A DNA stretch of 64,000 nt. Origin: Azolla caroliniana (taxonomy: Eukaryota > Plantae > Polypodiophyta). The notes beneath the pieces are model-generated. The model saw nothing but the letters and a program-made list of their open reading frames with translations, searched no databases and was not told where the DNA came from. Positions 49,173 through 64,000 of this stretch are shown here, one piece after another. Both the position numbers and the translations under genes were made by a program. How positions within the stretch are numbered: the first letter of the stretch is position 1; every line of letters begins with the position of its first letter. The DNA lies in contig JBHGNT010000014.1 in assembly GCA_043228905.1 (NCBI GenBank), forward strand, positions 19,034,001 to 19,098,000. The letters are read 5' to 3'.

Positions 49173-51726
49173 TTATCTCTTTATCAGCTGCTCCGGCACT
49201 TCCGTCTTCGAAGAATGCTTATGCTGTACACGGGGAAAGAAAGAGTTTTTGCCTCACAGGAAAATAAAAGAGGATACTCAAGGAATAGCTACACAACTTC
49301 AATTTATATATTTGTATACCTTCTTCTTCCTATGCTTGTGTCCTTCACCTTCTTCATCCCCTTCATGCTTTCTTTTCTGTAAATATTCAGTATGACAATA
49401 CGTTCTTAAAATGCAGTAACATACTATTAGACCAGAAACGAAATTCACCTTCTTATGATGTTTTTTTGAATGATCCTCCCCATTCTCCTTCTTTTTAGTC
49501 CGGTCTTTCTCTCTATTCTTGTCTCTCTCTTTATCTCTGTCCTTATGCCGATCTTTGTCCTTGTCTTTATCCCTATCCTTATGTCGATCCTTGTGCTTCT
49601 TATGTTTTTTATGTTTTCTATCCTTGTCCTTGGACTCCTCTTTCAACTTACCACTAATAGTTGGAACACCACGCTCCACCTATATAAAGAGTATTTGCTT
49701 GAGTGGAAACAATCACAAATATTAAAGAAACCAGTTTGTTAGGTCAAGAAACACATCATTTCCAAACATCATGTTTGTAACAAATACTCTTTCATAAAGT
49801 TGTTCATTTGTGTAGAATGTCAGTAAAAACAGTTTTATTGGATTTTTTACTTAACAAAATTTGGATTATTCCTTGTAGCTTTCGGATCCATAGCCTTTAG
49901 AGGAATTTTCAGTGAGTTTAAGAGTTGCATTTTCCTAGACGTGAGGGATGATAATAATAGCATAAACACACAAAACAATGCGGCAAAATGGTACAGCAAA
50001 CATATTGCTTTGGGAGGAGTAAACTAAAATAAAGAAAGTAAGTTATTCATATATACAAAACAGCTCTTCATCAGAGATACAAAGGAGATTAAGGTGATTG
50101 ACATTGAGATAGATATTAGTTTATGTTTTCATCTAGTTAACTTGTCAATGATCAAGCAGGTTAGTTTTAGTTCTATACATAGGACTATAGTCACCCACCT
50201 AGTTACATGAAAATTCATAGAAGAGAATAGATTTAAGGGGCAAAAATGGTACATTTACTTGGTGCACTTTAAGGCTTTGGCACAGTTCCTAGAGTCACAC
50301 TTTTGCTTAGTCTGGAAAGTATTGAAGTACCAAAACATATTTAGAAGAGCAAAGTGCCATCTTTATATCATGAGATTAGATGTAAATTAAAAAAGGCAAG
50401 GGTTTTTCTACAGAAATCTAGGGCCATAATGAAGGAGTCCAACAAGGCTGTCCCCTATCACCAGGTTTTATTGGTCCATGTGATCAATTAAAAGCATTAG
50501 AATGATGTCAGAGAAGACAAAAATGGACGAGTCATTTGTGCTCTTACAAGTTACCATTCTACTTCTCAAATATGTGGATATTGTGCTCTTAGCACACAAC
50601 TTGAGGACACTGCAAATTTCTTTGAATACAATAAATCACTTTTGGTATCCGTGTGGCCTTCCAGTGAATGGTACGAAAACAAATGTCATGGTTATCCAGA
50701 CCACAAAATGGAACAAGTGAACCAGCCAAAAAGCATGTGTAATGTTCGAGCAATGCAGGTGGTTGACAGTTCTCATTGTCAAGGAATTCGTTCGTAGAAG
50801 TCAAGAGTCATACAAAACAGCGTAAATAGAGAAGATGATATAAACATGCTGGAACTCCCGACAGCAGAATAATTTATCAACATCATTGAATTTATATCTT
50901 ACCTCAGGTAATGATGTAGGGCCTGATTCCTTCAAACTAAAAGCTTGCTGCAGTATATCAACATCAAATTGCCGTAGATGCACATTAAAGTTTTCATTCT
51001 CAGGCCCTAGAAGTTGTCCCAGTTCCATATCATCACCTTTCCGGATTTCAATGTCACCAACAACATCCTTTAGATAATGACTCTCTCCTATTGATGCAGG
51101 TAAAGGCTTTTGGCAAAACTTGTCATATTGTTCCCTCAAGCCATAGTAGCTAAGCAAATCTACAGCTCCAGTAAGTTCCCTGTTCTCTGCATGGAAAGAT
51201 AAATTGAGCTTGTGCAGGATTTTGTTTTGGAGCTTTGTACACATATACAGAGTCAACAACAGTACACAGAATCAACTTCAACATACACATCTACTACATA
51301 AACAATCATGCGACTACATTTGTTACGAACAAGCTCACATAAAGCATACTACATCCATTCTGCACATTTTCTAAATTAGGGCCCTTTGTTTCAGAGAGTA
51401 TGGATAAATCAAGCCTCAACAAGGCATATAATATATATACAAGCGCTTCGTATTTATTCTGAAAGTATGACATCTCTTTTCAGGAAAATTCTGGAAAATC
51501 AAGCCTGTAAGCAATCTAAATTATGGACCCACATTCACTATGCACAATTTATTATATTATATCTGTATGCAGATATTCTGCATATATTACTAACTTATAG
51601 CAGAATAAAGCTGAGAACTTGAGCCTTAGCCAGAAATTATGTAGAGACAAAGGACCTACTAGGAGCAGAAGTTATTAGCCGGAACAGAGAGCCAGATTCA
51701 TCTTGTCGATTGACTGGTGTGGCCAT
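49173..51726 (-). CDS. MED19: Mediator subunit 19, ~229 aa, 5 coding exons
   Basis: Exons 51726-51660, 51186-50903, 49679-49449, 49376-49320 and 49223-49173 (GT-AG, in phase). Motifs 'RELTGAVDLLSYYGL...FCQKPLP..IGESHYLKDVVGDIEIRKGDDMELGQL' and a K/H/D/R-rich tail 'KDKDRKHKKHKKHKDR...KKRKHEGDE'. A long 5'-UTR intron probably extends to ~54.1-54.4 kb. Confidence 0.92.
50430..50720 (+). mobile_element. Old LINE RT fragment in MED19 intron 2
   Basis: 'EGVQQGCPLSP' and 'LLLKYVDIVLLA...GLPVNGTKTNVM'. Confidence 0.7.
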
Positions 51727-54700
51727 CCCCTTGCAGGCCTGAAATGTGAGAGCAGCATAATCATATCAATACTTTTGAATACTTTCTCTTTCCCAGACAT
51801 TTTGCATTTGCCCTTACTTTCCATTACTTAACAAAACCGGCAATTAAAAGCATGAGAAAAAGCAAAAAACCTGCGGGATCAAGGCATTGTCTGTGTTGTC
51901 TCAAGACGAAGTCCTTAATCTTGTTATGCAATCTCTGAAACTTTCCTTTTCTAAGGTCCTTGAACTTGAAATTTGATGTCTGAATAGTTCTTTGCCAGTA
52001 GTTCTTGAATTCAAAAACCAATTATCTAAACCTATTTACAAAGATACAGTAGCAGATCAATATATCGAAGATTTTCCAATTTCAAAGCCTTTTGCACTCA
52101 TCATTTCTATGTCTGACCACCTCAATACAATAACTCCAAGTCCAACCATTTGTTTGCATGCATTATTTCTAAATATTTGCTTAAACACCACAATATCACA
52201 GTCTAAAGCCTGAATCAAAAGCTAGAAGAATCTGACTTCAGTTTATTAGAATTTGCAAGCAGACTTTTATTTACAACACTTAAAGAACCAGAATACAAAT
52301 CCAAAATCACACACAATAATAAGCTTAAAACTGTAGAATAAAGAAATCATCTATAACATTGCAAGGCAAGATCCTTGAACTGAAGAAATCCTATGTCTGA
52401 AAGTTTCCTTTCTGTGATCCTAAGGCTTCAAATCTGATGTCAAAAGTATTATTTCTGTCCTAAACTAGTTGCAAAGCTACACTAGAAACATCCAACATGT
52501 TATTGAATTCCCATTTGCACACTTCTAGTTGAAGATTTCCATTACACAGCTGAAAAACATAACTCATAGCAGAATCAAAAGCTTTAATAATTTGTGTTTC
52601 TATGACTTTGCAGTCAGCTTTTCCTGAAGTTATACTGAGCTTAAAAATCACAGTTAAAAGGCTAAATTTAAATTGAAAGCAGTAAGAAGCTAGCAACCTG
52701 AAGTCTTAGGAAAAGGTCTGTATCATTTCAAGATGAGGCCTTTGACCTAAAAATTCTTTGTCAAAAAGTTTCCTTTCCTGAGGTTTTTGAGCTTCAAATC
52801 TGTTGTCCAGAAGTTTCCTTTGCAATGTCGAAGCTATTCGCTATGGAATGGTAGAGGAATCAATACTTTGACTATTTTCCAATATCTAAGCAACTTGCAA
52901 TCATCATTTCCAAATCGTTCTGTGCAGAACTTCTAAGACGCGAAAATCCTGCAGAATCAAGGCATCATGCATATCACGGCTTTGAAGAATTTCCATTTTC
53001 ATGAGCCTTTTGTACTCATTACTTGTAATCCTTTCTCTGAAAAGCTTAAAAACCACATTTCAAAGAAATTTATTTCGATTTCATTTACTAGCATTATTTC
53101 AATGTTTACTTCTACAAAACTTGAGAAAATAAAAATCTAAAATAAGCTAATTCCTACCAATAGTTAGTCTCCCTCTATATAGTTTAAGTAATGAACAATG
53201 AAAAGTTCACATAAAAAATTTAGATGAAGCAAATTTTGGTTTCTATACATTTTCACAAACGATTTCCAAGTCTCTCTACAAAGGCAAAAAACATCATATT
53301 GGATATTTTCAGTTCCCATTTGCAATTACTGTTCCCGCAGAACTTAAAAATAAAGCAACGAAAATCATGAATTGGAAGTTAGACGAAGACAAGAGCAGCA
53401 CTTTCAAGATTTACTTTTTTGTTTTCAAGCTTTTGCACTTATCATCTCGAACCTTTCCACTACACAGCTTTAGAAACATGATGTAAATATGTGAGAAGAG
53501 GCTAAATGACTGAATGATCAATCATCAGCACTTTGATGAGTTTCCAATTTCCATGCAATTTGCACTGACGAAATTACAGAGATTAAGAAATTCACATTAG
53601 AAATGTCTGAGAAGAAGCTAAAGAACCTGCAGAATGAATCAACGGTCTGCAGTGTCGTAGGGATTTTTTTTTTCACAACAGAAAACAAAAACTGCCAATG
53701 GTGTTGTAAACGCGAAATTTGATGTCTCACACACTGTGTTTCTTTAGATGACCCTCGGAGCTAAAGAGACGTTTACAAAAATCTGAGTGTGACTCTGTCC
53801 CGGGCACACTGAATCTCCCTTCCTTCCAAACTCCGCCTTCAGAACGCTTTGAAATTTCCTGTCTGATGAAATTCTTCCCAAACAGCCTTCAGGGATACAG
53901 AAACGTTTTTGAGCTGACAAATCGCAGTTCAGGTTCCACACACCGTGAGACTCTTTCTTCGTTTCTTAAAAACTTGGAATTCCGAGGTCCGAAATTTCCC
54001 CAGACTCTGGAAGGAAACGCTCCCCAGAAAGAAACGGGAGGCCTTTCCGAGCAGCTGATCTGAGCTCCCTTTCGCAAGCAGATGAAAAATCTAGCGCTTC
54101 CCTCACAGAAAACCTGAGAGCGAGGACAATCGGAGCTCCAAAAATTCCTCCCCTTCCGGGAGAGGGGGAGAGAGAACGGTTCCTCTGACAGAGAGGCAAA
54201 CGCGAACGTTTCCGAAACGATCTCCGTTCCAGGAAAAAGGGGAGCGGGGCCTTGCCTGCTGGGAAGCAACGGTTCCACACACACACAGAGGGAGTACAGG
54301 AGCAGGAGCACAGTCGGGCTTCTTCCCGAAAGCTCTGTGTGCGTTTGGGGGGGGGTGACAGTGAGAGGGAGGGAGAGAAGAAAACCTAAAAAACGGAGGA
54401 CGATGTTCGTCGTCGTCGTCTTCTAAATCTCTGAGAAAAAAAACAGACGAAGAAGAAGAAGAAGAAGAAGAAGAAGGAGGAGGAGGAGGAGGAGGAAGGG
54501 AAGCCTTTCACAGCAAAAGGCCGAGGCCGGACCATTTTTATTTTCTTTTATGTATTTTCCTCGTATTTCATTTTGTTTTTGTGATTTTCTTTATTTTTTT
54601 TATTTTCCGCTCCTCGAACTCTCGCCAAAAGAGCGTTTTTCTTTATATATGTATACATATATGATATACATATGTACATATATCATATATGTATGTGTGT

Positions 54701-57499
54701 ATGTGTGTGTTATAATCAAGTTGTAAATATGTAGAAGCCCCCAACACATATATAATCGGAAGGATTTCATTATTCCATTTCTTTGACAAAGATGGATAGA
54801 TTTTATTGTATCTCTGTCTTTCGGGCATCATCAAATGACACATGGCATGGTGTCTGAGACCCCCCTGAAAACATACAAGGTTGAACACCCCAATTACATA
54901 CACTAACTAGTATTTCAGGCGTTGTCTTTGATGCTCTGACTGAGTCCTTCGGTCAAATTCCAAGTTTACTCTCCAACACATCGTCCATTCACTTGGCTCG
55001 AAAGTCTTTAATGGTTGTGGTGGCTCAAAACTCTTTGATGGTCTCTTGGAGACCTTTCAAGTTCGCTTTCCACACAATTGTTTGTCCACCCCCTCCCTCC
55101 CCACACATGTTCCTCTCATAGTCATGCTCTTCAATAAGATCCTTGAACATTGATGTTCACTATTTTTATCTCCACCCACAACTCATGTACTACACAAATG
55201 ATCCACTTTTGGTCTCATTGGAAATATCTGATCTAAGAGGACCGTAACAAAATCAATCTACAAGTATCACATTAACTTATATTTATGAAAGGTACAAACA
55301 AGGTTCGAGTGGGACTTTTGGCTCTCTTTTATGAAAATCACCAAGCATGCCCCTATGCTTTCTGAAACTACCCTAAATTTGCTTTTGTTTCTCTACCAAA
55401 ATACCCATACTTTACAATTAGCTCGATTTAACACCAAACCAGTGTCATCATTATTTTAAGTGGTCATTTTGAGCTCTTCTTATAACCCTTATCATCACAC
55501 CATTATGATATGATGTTAGTTGGAGCCAAAAGAGCATTCACGAATCACAACAACAATCTAATGAAGACTTATGATAGTTCCAACTTGCATTAACTCTCCA
55601 AATCAAACGCTTATTTTGATAGAAATTTAATGACCCAAAATAAGAGCACACATTAATAGTTATATAAGATGGTTGATTAGATTTAGAGCCCACAATTTAC
55701 ACTAGGGATTATTGTGATTGTTTATGGACTCTGATTAGCCGTCATATTAAGTGTACTCTTATGTGTGTTCATTTAGGTTTTTTACTAACCACTCATACAT
55801 GTAGCTATGATTAGTAGTGCTCTAATTTAGTGCTCTTCACCCCATACATCCCTAAGTCCCTTAGAAGCTTAAAGGTATCTTTGGTAATGATGTTGTTGCA
55901 TACTCTAAATTGATCTAATTATTATCCAATTAAAAATCACCATACATATCCCACCTCTAAACATTTATGATACCACTAACTACCTACCACTAATTTTCAG
56001 ATCCTCTTGAAATAATATGACAAAACCAACCACTTTTTCCACCTCTTCAAATTGGAAATTTCCTGTACACTCAAAAAAACCCGGTGCACTTAATTTTGTT
56101 GCCTCTTCCATGTTGGTCCACAATTGCTTAGAAACAAAAAAAATTAGGTTAAATACTTGTATGCTTAGATCATCCACTATCTCTTCGAAGTGTTTGCATG
56201 GGTGCTAAAAAAGCATAATGGGAATTCGTGGTTGTTTATTTTGGTAATTATAACAAATATATTTCCATGCATTCACTTAGAGAAATCTACTATAATCCTG
56301 AAGTGTTGTGCTTGCCAAAGAAACAATCAAAGACAATTGTTAACATTGCAGGGCACCAATTTGTCGATAAATTTGTAGGTTTTTGAGCCGCGTTTGACAG
56401 ATCATATCATGAGATTATTAGAGACGGAGGGTGAAGATTCAACTACCCATAGGTGCAAACATTAGGTGCCTGCTTTTTCTCATCTTTTGGCATTAGGACT
56501 AAAGCAAGGATGAGGACTAAATAAACACGAAGCTATATAACTTATGTCGAAATGCATGTATTAGGGATCAATTTTGGGTGGTTACGAGGAGAGGAAAATC
56601 TTTCATCCAGGCCATTATCTTTTCTTAACGATTGGTTTGTGATGATCTTGACGGAAACGTAGGAGGAACTAACAACAGTCTGTTTCCTTACAATGTCAAG
56701 TCATATGGACTCCACCTTGCCAAGGTACATAAAAAATAATCCCGTTATAATGTCATGGAAGGATACTTCATAAGAGATGGTTTGATTAGTCTTTCACCCT
56801 TTCGATCGTCCTGTAATTAACAAAATTATGAACCTTCCCAATACCATTGGACTGCAGGAACTTCATCTCAGCACAAGATTTTATCTTCACAAAGTGCTGC
56901 TATAATGTCAGGTATAGATCATGTTCCTGCTTCAACAGAGATAAAAGACAATATGAGTACGAATTCCCTTTTCAGAGATTTTATGGAAGAATCAACATTA
57001 TGCAATATCTTTTGATTGATCACACTAGCCATATGCATTTGAATTCCAACTTAAATAATCAAGAGTGATGTTCCCAAATGCATTTGAATCAACATTATGC
57101 AATATCTGTAATTCTTCACGGACTTAGAAAGAGTAATGTTCCCAAGATCAGAAACAAAAATATTCACCAGGGTTCAGCATATTAACATCTGCTAAATCAA
57201 AGGTCATCTATTGTCTTGTAATATTGTCAAGACCAAATTTCAAAGTTTGGAAAAACAAAACAAGATTATTTACGATGAGCATGACATTCGAAGTCTTTGG
57301 CTTTCTCATCAAACTATCTTTTGGTTTATTATAATATGCTGCTTTGCTTCACAATCATCAAACTATCTTGAGTTGTGCATTGGGTGTGTTGGCCTATCAA
57401 TCATGTTATAATAACAATACCTTTAACCTCATAGCAACAATTATTGGTGCAGCATTCTGGTTCTTGGAGTGCTGGGCCTTGAAACTAATCAATCATATA

Positions 57500-60400
57500 A
57501 CAATTTCAAGGAAGTAACAGTTGCATCATCATGAGAAAAAACCACAAATCAAATCAAAGAAGACTCTCCTCAATGATATGGAGTCATTTGAGGTGGTTAC
57601 AAGCTACATACGAATTCTCTAAACTGAACCACAGTTTGCATCATCTTTTCCGCATTGCAAATGCAGTTCAGAGACAGAGAAGTCCAGCACAAATGAATGG
57701 AGGCCACCACTGATAATAAAAAATGCAGTTGATGTTGAATGCAAGTTCGAAAGCTAGGTTGTCATCTGTATCATATGGGTCCAGGGATACCACTCTTAGC
57801 ACCCAAAATCATTCCATGATCGTATTTCTCATCCACAGAGTGAATTGTTGGACCTGAATATGTGTGAATTCAAACAAACTTCAAATACACAGTAACATGA
57901 TTCTAATTCAACAAAAAGAGTGCAAACCAGGTCTGCATAAACATAAAACATAGACAAGGTATTTCATCTGAAATATTAAAACAAATCTAGGTACTTTAAC
58001 CCTAAAAAGAAATTTCATGCCAACAATGTCTATAGCACATTGCAGGATGGGTTCAATGCAGTCTCCCTCGTATTCCAAATTTAGTTCCGAAACTTTATTG
58101 AACTTTGAAGTCGCTATTTCAAAATGAATTCTGTGTATTCAAAATACTTGTTTGCTTTGTAAAATTTACCATCACTTTGTAACTTGAAGTTGATGGTATG
58201 ACCTTTATAATTAACAATAACTAAAACTTCTTGTAACGTGGCATTCTTAATTCACATCATTTAGCTCAAATCCTTTATCATAAATTCCATGTGACATATT
58301 TCTAATATAAAAAGTATGTCAGCATACAAGATGTTTGGTAACAACATAATCCATCTCATGCAGAAAAAATAACAAACGTTCTAATATTCTACTGAAAATT
58401 CCATGCAGTGATACATTTGAAACACACAAAGTGTGTCATTGTAATCCTGAATAAAGAATGGTGCTGTTTATTATTTACTCAGTAATAACCAGAACTTTTG
58501 GTACCAAAGTAGTTCATCACATATAGAACTTTTTGACTTGGGCCTCGAGAGGTTCCATTGCAAATTTCATGTGGTGATATATATTTGAGAATCCTGAAGA
58601 TAGAGTGTGTTGTGACATTTCTATTTAGTAATATATGTGTTTGATTGTTGTTCACTTACATGTTTAATGTCTGTGTAATGATGCCAAGGATCTTTTTAGA
58701 TCTAAGATTTTGTTTTTTCTGCACAAACAATGTAGTATCTCCAAAATATGTTCTTTAAAGACTGTAAAAATGCTATTATGATCTTGTAGCTTTAGCTATA
58801 AAGGGTGGTCTAAATTTATTATTTCCATTTTCAGAATAAATTTAAAAAAAGCTCGAACAGTCCAGGAGTTGTTATAAGGTATTTGATCAATATGATTGAT
58901 CTTGTTTTTCTACTCTATCAAATTCAGTTTGCCTGTAATTCCTTTGGGTTAAACTCCCATATTGCGCTTCACAAGTATACAAACAATTCTTCAACATGGC
59001 ACAAATGTCTATCCTTCACATTAAAATGTTTTGATTGCACTAAGGCCTCCAAAGCTGAGCTTCACAAATATACAACACAGTATAAATGCCCATCCTTCAC
59101 ACTAAATCATTTTAATTGCACTGTATAATGCATTAAGAACAGAAGCTCTTAGTCTATCTATGTTTAGATTCCATCTACGATCACGATCTCAAACTCACAA
59201 ATATCTATCGGCTGTAGTATCAATGCCAACCATTTAATGAGCATAGACAGGGTCCCTTTTGCAGTAGTTCCTATGTAACACTACCAAAGGAAAGGAATGC
59301 GTAAAATACATGTGTACTAAAGGAAAGTCCAAGGCTATAAAACATGAGAAATTCAAACCAGGATGTGTAGATGTTATTAATCATATAGCATTCATGACCT
59401 TCTTATGCCAAAAAAGGATACAGTTCAGCAGAATATTCAGCAATGGTGAAGGAAAATTTAACTCTAAAGTTAAATTAGTCCATGATTATAATGTATGAAA
59501 GAAGAAAAATAGAACTGAACTATAGCAAGAATAAACTTCTATATTTTAAAACATTTAAGCAAAATAATTGAGAATACATTTCTATTGTACCTCCGGGAAG
59601 CAACAAGTTCAGACAGAGAGAATCCATTTCCAACCACCTAATTTTTTGGCTTTTCAATCACTGGAATATGATTTCTCTACCGTGGTCAATGCCTTGCAAT
59701 CTGCAACATGATTTTTATAAATCTGATCAGTTTTTCTTACCATTGTGAGTTTTCTCAAGTGTATTCTGTTCAACAGGAATATTGTAGATGCAAGACATGG
59801 CTTCCTAGTCTGGCATGCCGTTTTACACTTTTTACGAAATCAGCGCCATCTTTCTCTGTACATGTGTGTGTGTGTGTGTATAAAGTGACTCGATTTCTTG
59901 ACATGTTGCTACTTGAATTGGCTGTTTTAATTATTCTTTTCAAGTCCTATTTTTGTAATACAGTGCACACATACTTTTTAATGTTTCATAAAGAGGTTAG
60001 AAATCAGGATTATAGCTGAGCCCTCCACTTTGGTGATGCCACAAATTTTAACATAACAGGTAGACAAAAGAGTGCCATACAATCTTAGACATTTGTAGCA
60101 TCAAGGTAAACTAAATGCAATGGAAAAACTATGCCTCATTTGTCTAATACCCACCACAGTACATTGAACATGTGACAGACATTTGTCACAAACCTTCTAG
60201 ATTCACTAGAAATGGTATCCAAAATGAAGCATTTTTGGAATGGCAAGCTAAATGCAAGTGAAAAGTATAACAGAGAAATGTTCCGTGTTTTCAGTACATT
60301 TCTTACCATAATAAAAAACAAATGAAAAGAATCCTTAATACTCAAGCTTTCGATAATTTTAGAACTAACCAATAACTTGTGGTTTTCTCACTAGAAACGA

Positions 60401-61390
60401 CAGGAAAAACGACAATCTATACAACAAAAATGTTGCATGTTTTCTCTGAAGTTCTTGTCGTAGTAAAAAACATGAAAAACGAAGCCTTAATGCCCAATCT
60501 TGGCATACTGAGCATGTGACTCTCAAATTCCAAACTGAGTTTTTGAGAAAAACTGCATTAGAATAAGCTCTAAATGCAAGAGAAACACCAAGATACCTAA
60601 CAATATAATCAACAAACAGTATCAGAAAAAAAGCGATTTTCTAATCTTCGAATTTTTTGGTAGTATCACCATATCTTCAATAAACACAAATTACAGAGGG
60701 CTTTTTGTTATACGTGCATGTTAGTTTTTTCTATGATTCCGATACTAGTATCAAAATGAAAATGAATTCAAGCTAGGCGATGAGCAACAGAAGCACATAC
60801 TAAACAGCGCGCGCGCGCGTGTGTATGTGTGTGAAAGCTTTACCTGGTTGTCTGCTACTACCACTGAGATATCTACATATATCTTGCTGTCCATGGAAGA
60901 TCGGTGGATGATCTGAAAGTTGAACCATCACCTGAAACAGACGGCGGCTTTATTCTTCAAGAATCCATCGATTTCTTTGTCGTTGCACTCTTCCTTTCTG
61001 TCGATTTCTGTCTTTGTCCTTGTCTCTTTAGATAACTTCTATTACTAAGAATTCATTCACTAGGTATGAATAAGAGCAATTCTCCGTGTTTCTGAAACCC
61101 TGGCTTTTGGAGGAAATGTGGGACGCCACATCGATGGATATGGGAAAGGATTCTTCTGCTGCGGCGAGGATCGGTGAAGGCGCAGCGGGGGTGATGAGAG
61201 TTAGGGATGGTGGGTCAGGTCAAGGAAAGAGCGAGAGCGTGGGGGATGCGTAGAGCTTCGCCATCGCCAATGAAGCTTTCTCTGCGTGTATGCAGCTTTT
61301 TCGCGGTTGCTTTGGTGTTTTGCTTTTTGCTTTCTTGCTCTGTAGTGCTCACTGCTTTTTGCTTTTTGCTTTTTGCTTTTTGCGTTTCAT
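57500..61390 (-). other. Probable spliced transcription unit without a long ORF (lncRNA, small-ORF gene or pseudogene)
   Basis: TATA-like CTATAAA at ~61420 on -; GC-rich first exon; GT-AG-bounded exon candidates ~61390-61099, 60931-60844, 59700-59591 and from 57853. No long spliced ORF could be assembled by hand. Confidence 0.4.
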
Positions 61391-64000
61391 TTACTCCGAA
61401 CCCGGATAGTTGCTCGGTTTATAGGTTTTAAGTGGTTTGGTCAATTTAATAAGTTTATTAGTTTTTTTTTTTTGTTACCTTCTTTTTTATTTCCTTTATG
61501 GTTTAATTAACGTTTTTTTTATTGATTTAATATATTTAGCTTAAATGCTTATTTAATTTAATAGTTTTTTTACTTTAATATACTTTTATTTATTTAATTT
61601 GTTTTAGTATTTTGACTTTATTGGTTTGGTTAAATTTGTGATTAAATGGTTCCGGTTTGGTTTCAACTTTTTTGGTTTACCATTTTCCTTAAATGGTTTG
61701 GGTTAAGTGGCTTGGGAGTTCATAAACGGTTTGATGTGGTTTTCGTTTTCTATAAATGGTTCGGTTTCAAGGCAATCAAACCAAACTGAACTGAACCATT
61801 TATAGAAAACAAAAACCACATCAAACTGTTTATGAACTCCCAAGCCACTTATTAACCCAAACCATTTTTAAGTGACTTTGGGAGTTTGATGTGGTTTTTG
61901 TTTTCTATAAATGTTCGATTTGTTTTGGTTTGGTTTCAAGGCAATCAAACCAAACCAAACCAGAGAACCATGAAATCTTATTGGGGCATGTTTCTATCAC
62001 AGTCAGCGGGTCCAATGTTGAGCTCATATATATTGGATTCGAATAGAAATCTTCCCATAAATAATTGGCCATTTTCTTCCCCAAAACACATATCAATAAC
62101 GACTATACCAGGACGATAACATAGCCAAAATCTTAGAATATATAAAATGACGTTGACACTTGAAAAGGTAGATGATGTCAAGTGAATTTTTTTGTCAGTT
62201 GCTTGGAATGGTGAAGGACATAATAAGGCCACAAAAGGATTGCATACATACATATACGACTACTTTCCAAAGTTAAAACAAAAAGATAAAACGATGTTCG
62301 ATACGTTAGTCGAAAAACAAATGATAGAATGTCAAGTAAATTCCAATTGATGAATCAAGTGAAGGAACTCGACAACAAACAAGTGAGGACAGCGTACATG
62401 CACATGTCACTAACACAAACTTCAACTTGTTTGGAAGGTAATTAAGTTCATACACCTATAACATGCTCTCGTCATTTATGCCCGTGTAATAAATAGTCGA
62501 AGCAAAGAATGGGTGTCCCTAAAAAATATTCACTATTGTTGTCTAACTACTCATATAAAAAAAGACTTATCCTACACTTGATGCATGCATTATGCACAAA
62601 CACCCCTTACAATACTTGTACTTACCAGTCGACGTTATTGGTGCTCGACTAGCTTTTTATCTCATAGGATAAATACTTGCCAAGAGACATCAAAATAAAG
62701 CATAAACTAATGTTAAGATATATCCATGCTTGCAATTTTATGTGTATTCAAATCATCAATGCATCTAACATAACTTTTTGGTGTTCTTCTCTAGATCACT
62801 CCAATGTTGAATGCATCCGAGAAATAAAACGCTTTAACACACCTCTCTTTTCAGTGTCTTTTATTGTTAGTATTGATGTTTTTGCTCGTGCTCGCTTTCC
62901 ACGTAGCTCCTAAATCACATATTATTGGATCTTCCATAAACTTTGTTGAGTACAACAACTTTTCACACCTATAAATGGTGTGTCTATTTCTCGTATGCTT
63001 GATAAATGTTTTATGAGAGGCGTCATTAAGTACGTGTTCAATCAGTAGTTCCCTCGCATCAATATGTCTTATTCTTTACGTCTCAATTGTAATAACATAC
63101 AATGTCATGGCAAATAATTGACCCAAAACTTTTTATTTTGCTCCATTTTGTAAATGTTATAGATTTGGTGGGCCTGCACACGTTCACCGGCACTAATCCT
63201 CCATTCATTCATCAAGGTTGATCCTCAGATCCATCTAACAACATTGCGAATAGGACATTTGAGGTAGAGCAACTTGGAGTTGTGAATGATCCATACATAC
63301 CACGTAAAGTGTGTGCGCAACATTAGAATGTAGGAGTATTTTTAATAAAGACAAAAGCAAGTGGGCATAATCTAAACCAAAGATGGCCACGTCATATTTT
63401 ACTACTCAAGAAGACGTGAATATCAAATTATTTATCCAAATAAGCAAACTAAGAATAGTAATAGTTTCCCTTGGTTTGTTATGCCTCCCATTTTGTCTTT
63501 GTCTCGTGTCTATGCATTCCTTTCTTCCTCATTATTGCGACAACTTTTAACTTGTATTAGGATTCAATATGTCCAAGAAGCATGACATTTAAATCAACAT
63601 AACAACTACCAATCCACTTTTAGAGTAAACAAACGTTTACCGTCAATATTTTATGTTTCATAAATAACTTTTATAGAGCAATTGTAAACAAATATTGCAT
63701 TGGCATGCCTTTCCTTCACCCATTGTAACATCCACCTAAATCAAAACTGATGGCACAAGTAAGAAGACTTGTCATTGCAAATTATATAGCAAACTATGGA
63801 AGAGGGATAACCAATGAGAAAGAGTTGTGATAAATCATTATGAAACCTCTCAAATATAGGTATTCTAAATCCAAAAATAGTGATTGGTAAAACTAAAATA
63901 TGGCATTGGTAACTAGTATCATGATTTGTTGTATTTTGAAGGGAAGGTGTTTGATGGTATTCCAAAATGTAACAATAAAGGCTTGCTTTGACAAATACCA

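Noticed and set aside
58470-58522. C/D box snoRNA in an intron (- strand GTGATGA...CTGA)
   Set aside because: Only ~40 nt separate the boxes, with no terminal stem or second D box.
61218-61224. In-frame TGA as selenocysteine
   Set aside because: Land plants are not known to have Sec machinery, there is no redox motif or SECIS evidence, and downstream exon candidates also contain stops.

Overview
Land-plant nuclear DNA, most likely a fern or another seed-free vascular plant. This is inferred from a long intronless PLS-class PPR gene, Tcn1-like chromoviruses and degenerate non-L1 LINEs. The first ~26 kb is transposon-rich. It holds the 3' end of an L1-type LINE with an open ORF2 and poly(A), LTR elements, a hAT-type non-autonomous element with an 8-bp TSD, and a secreted Cys-rich/extensin (SPPPP) gene. 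The rest is a housekeeping gene cluster: PLS-E PPR (+), RPS15A (-), ELP5 (+, with a Copia element in intron 1), MED19 (-), and a probable spliced non-coding or pseudogene unit (-). Main findings: (1) a ~12.2-kb inversion (6813-19009) whose reversal restores both an in-frame LINE RT junction and a complete LTR element with a GGAAC TSD; (2) two gypsy-type LTR families whose PBS position is complementary to their own LTR (Tf1-like self-priming); (3) tRNA-like Pol III A/B-box modules inside two LTR families and a third probable LTR; (4) a tRNA-Ser plus trailer captured inside a Copia integrase; (5) tandem stem-loop arrays in LTR-element sequence. All calls were made by eye; no alignments or database searches were run.
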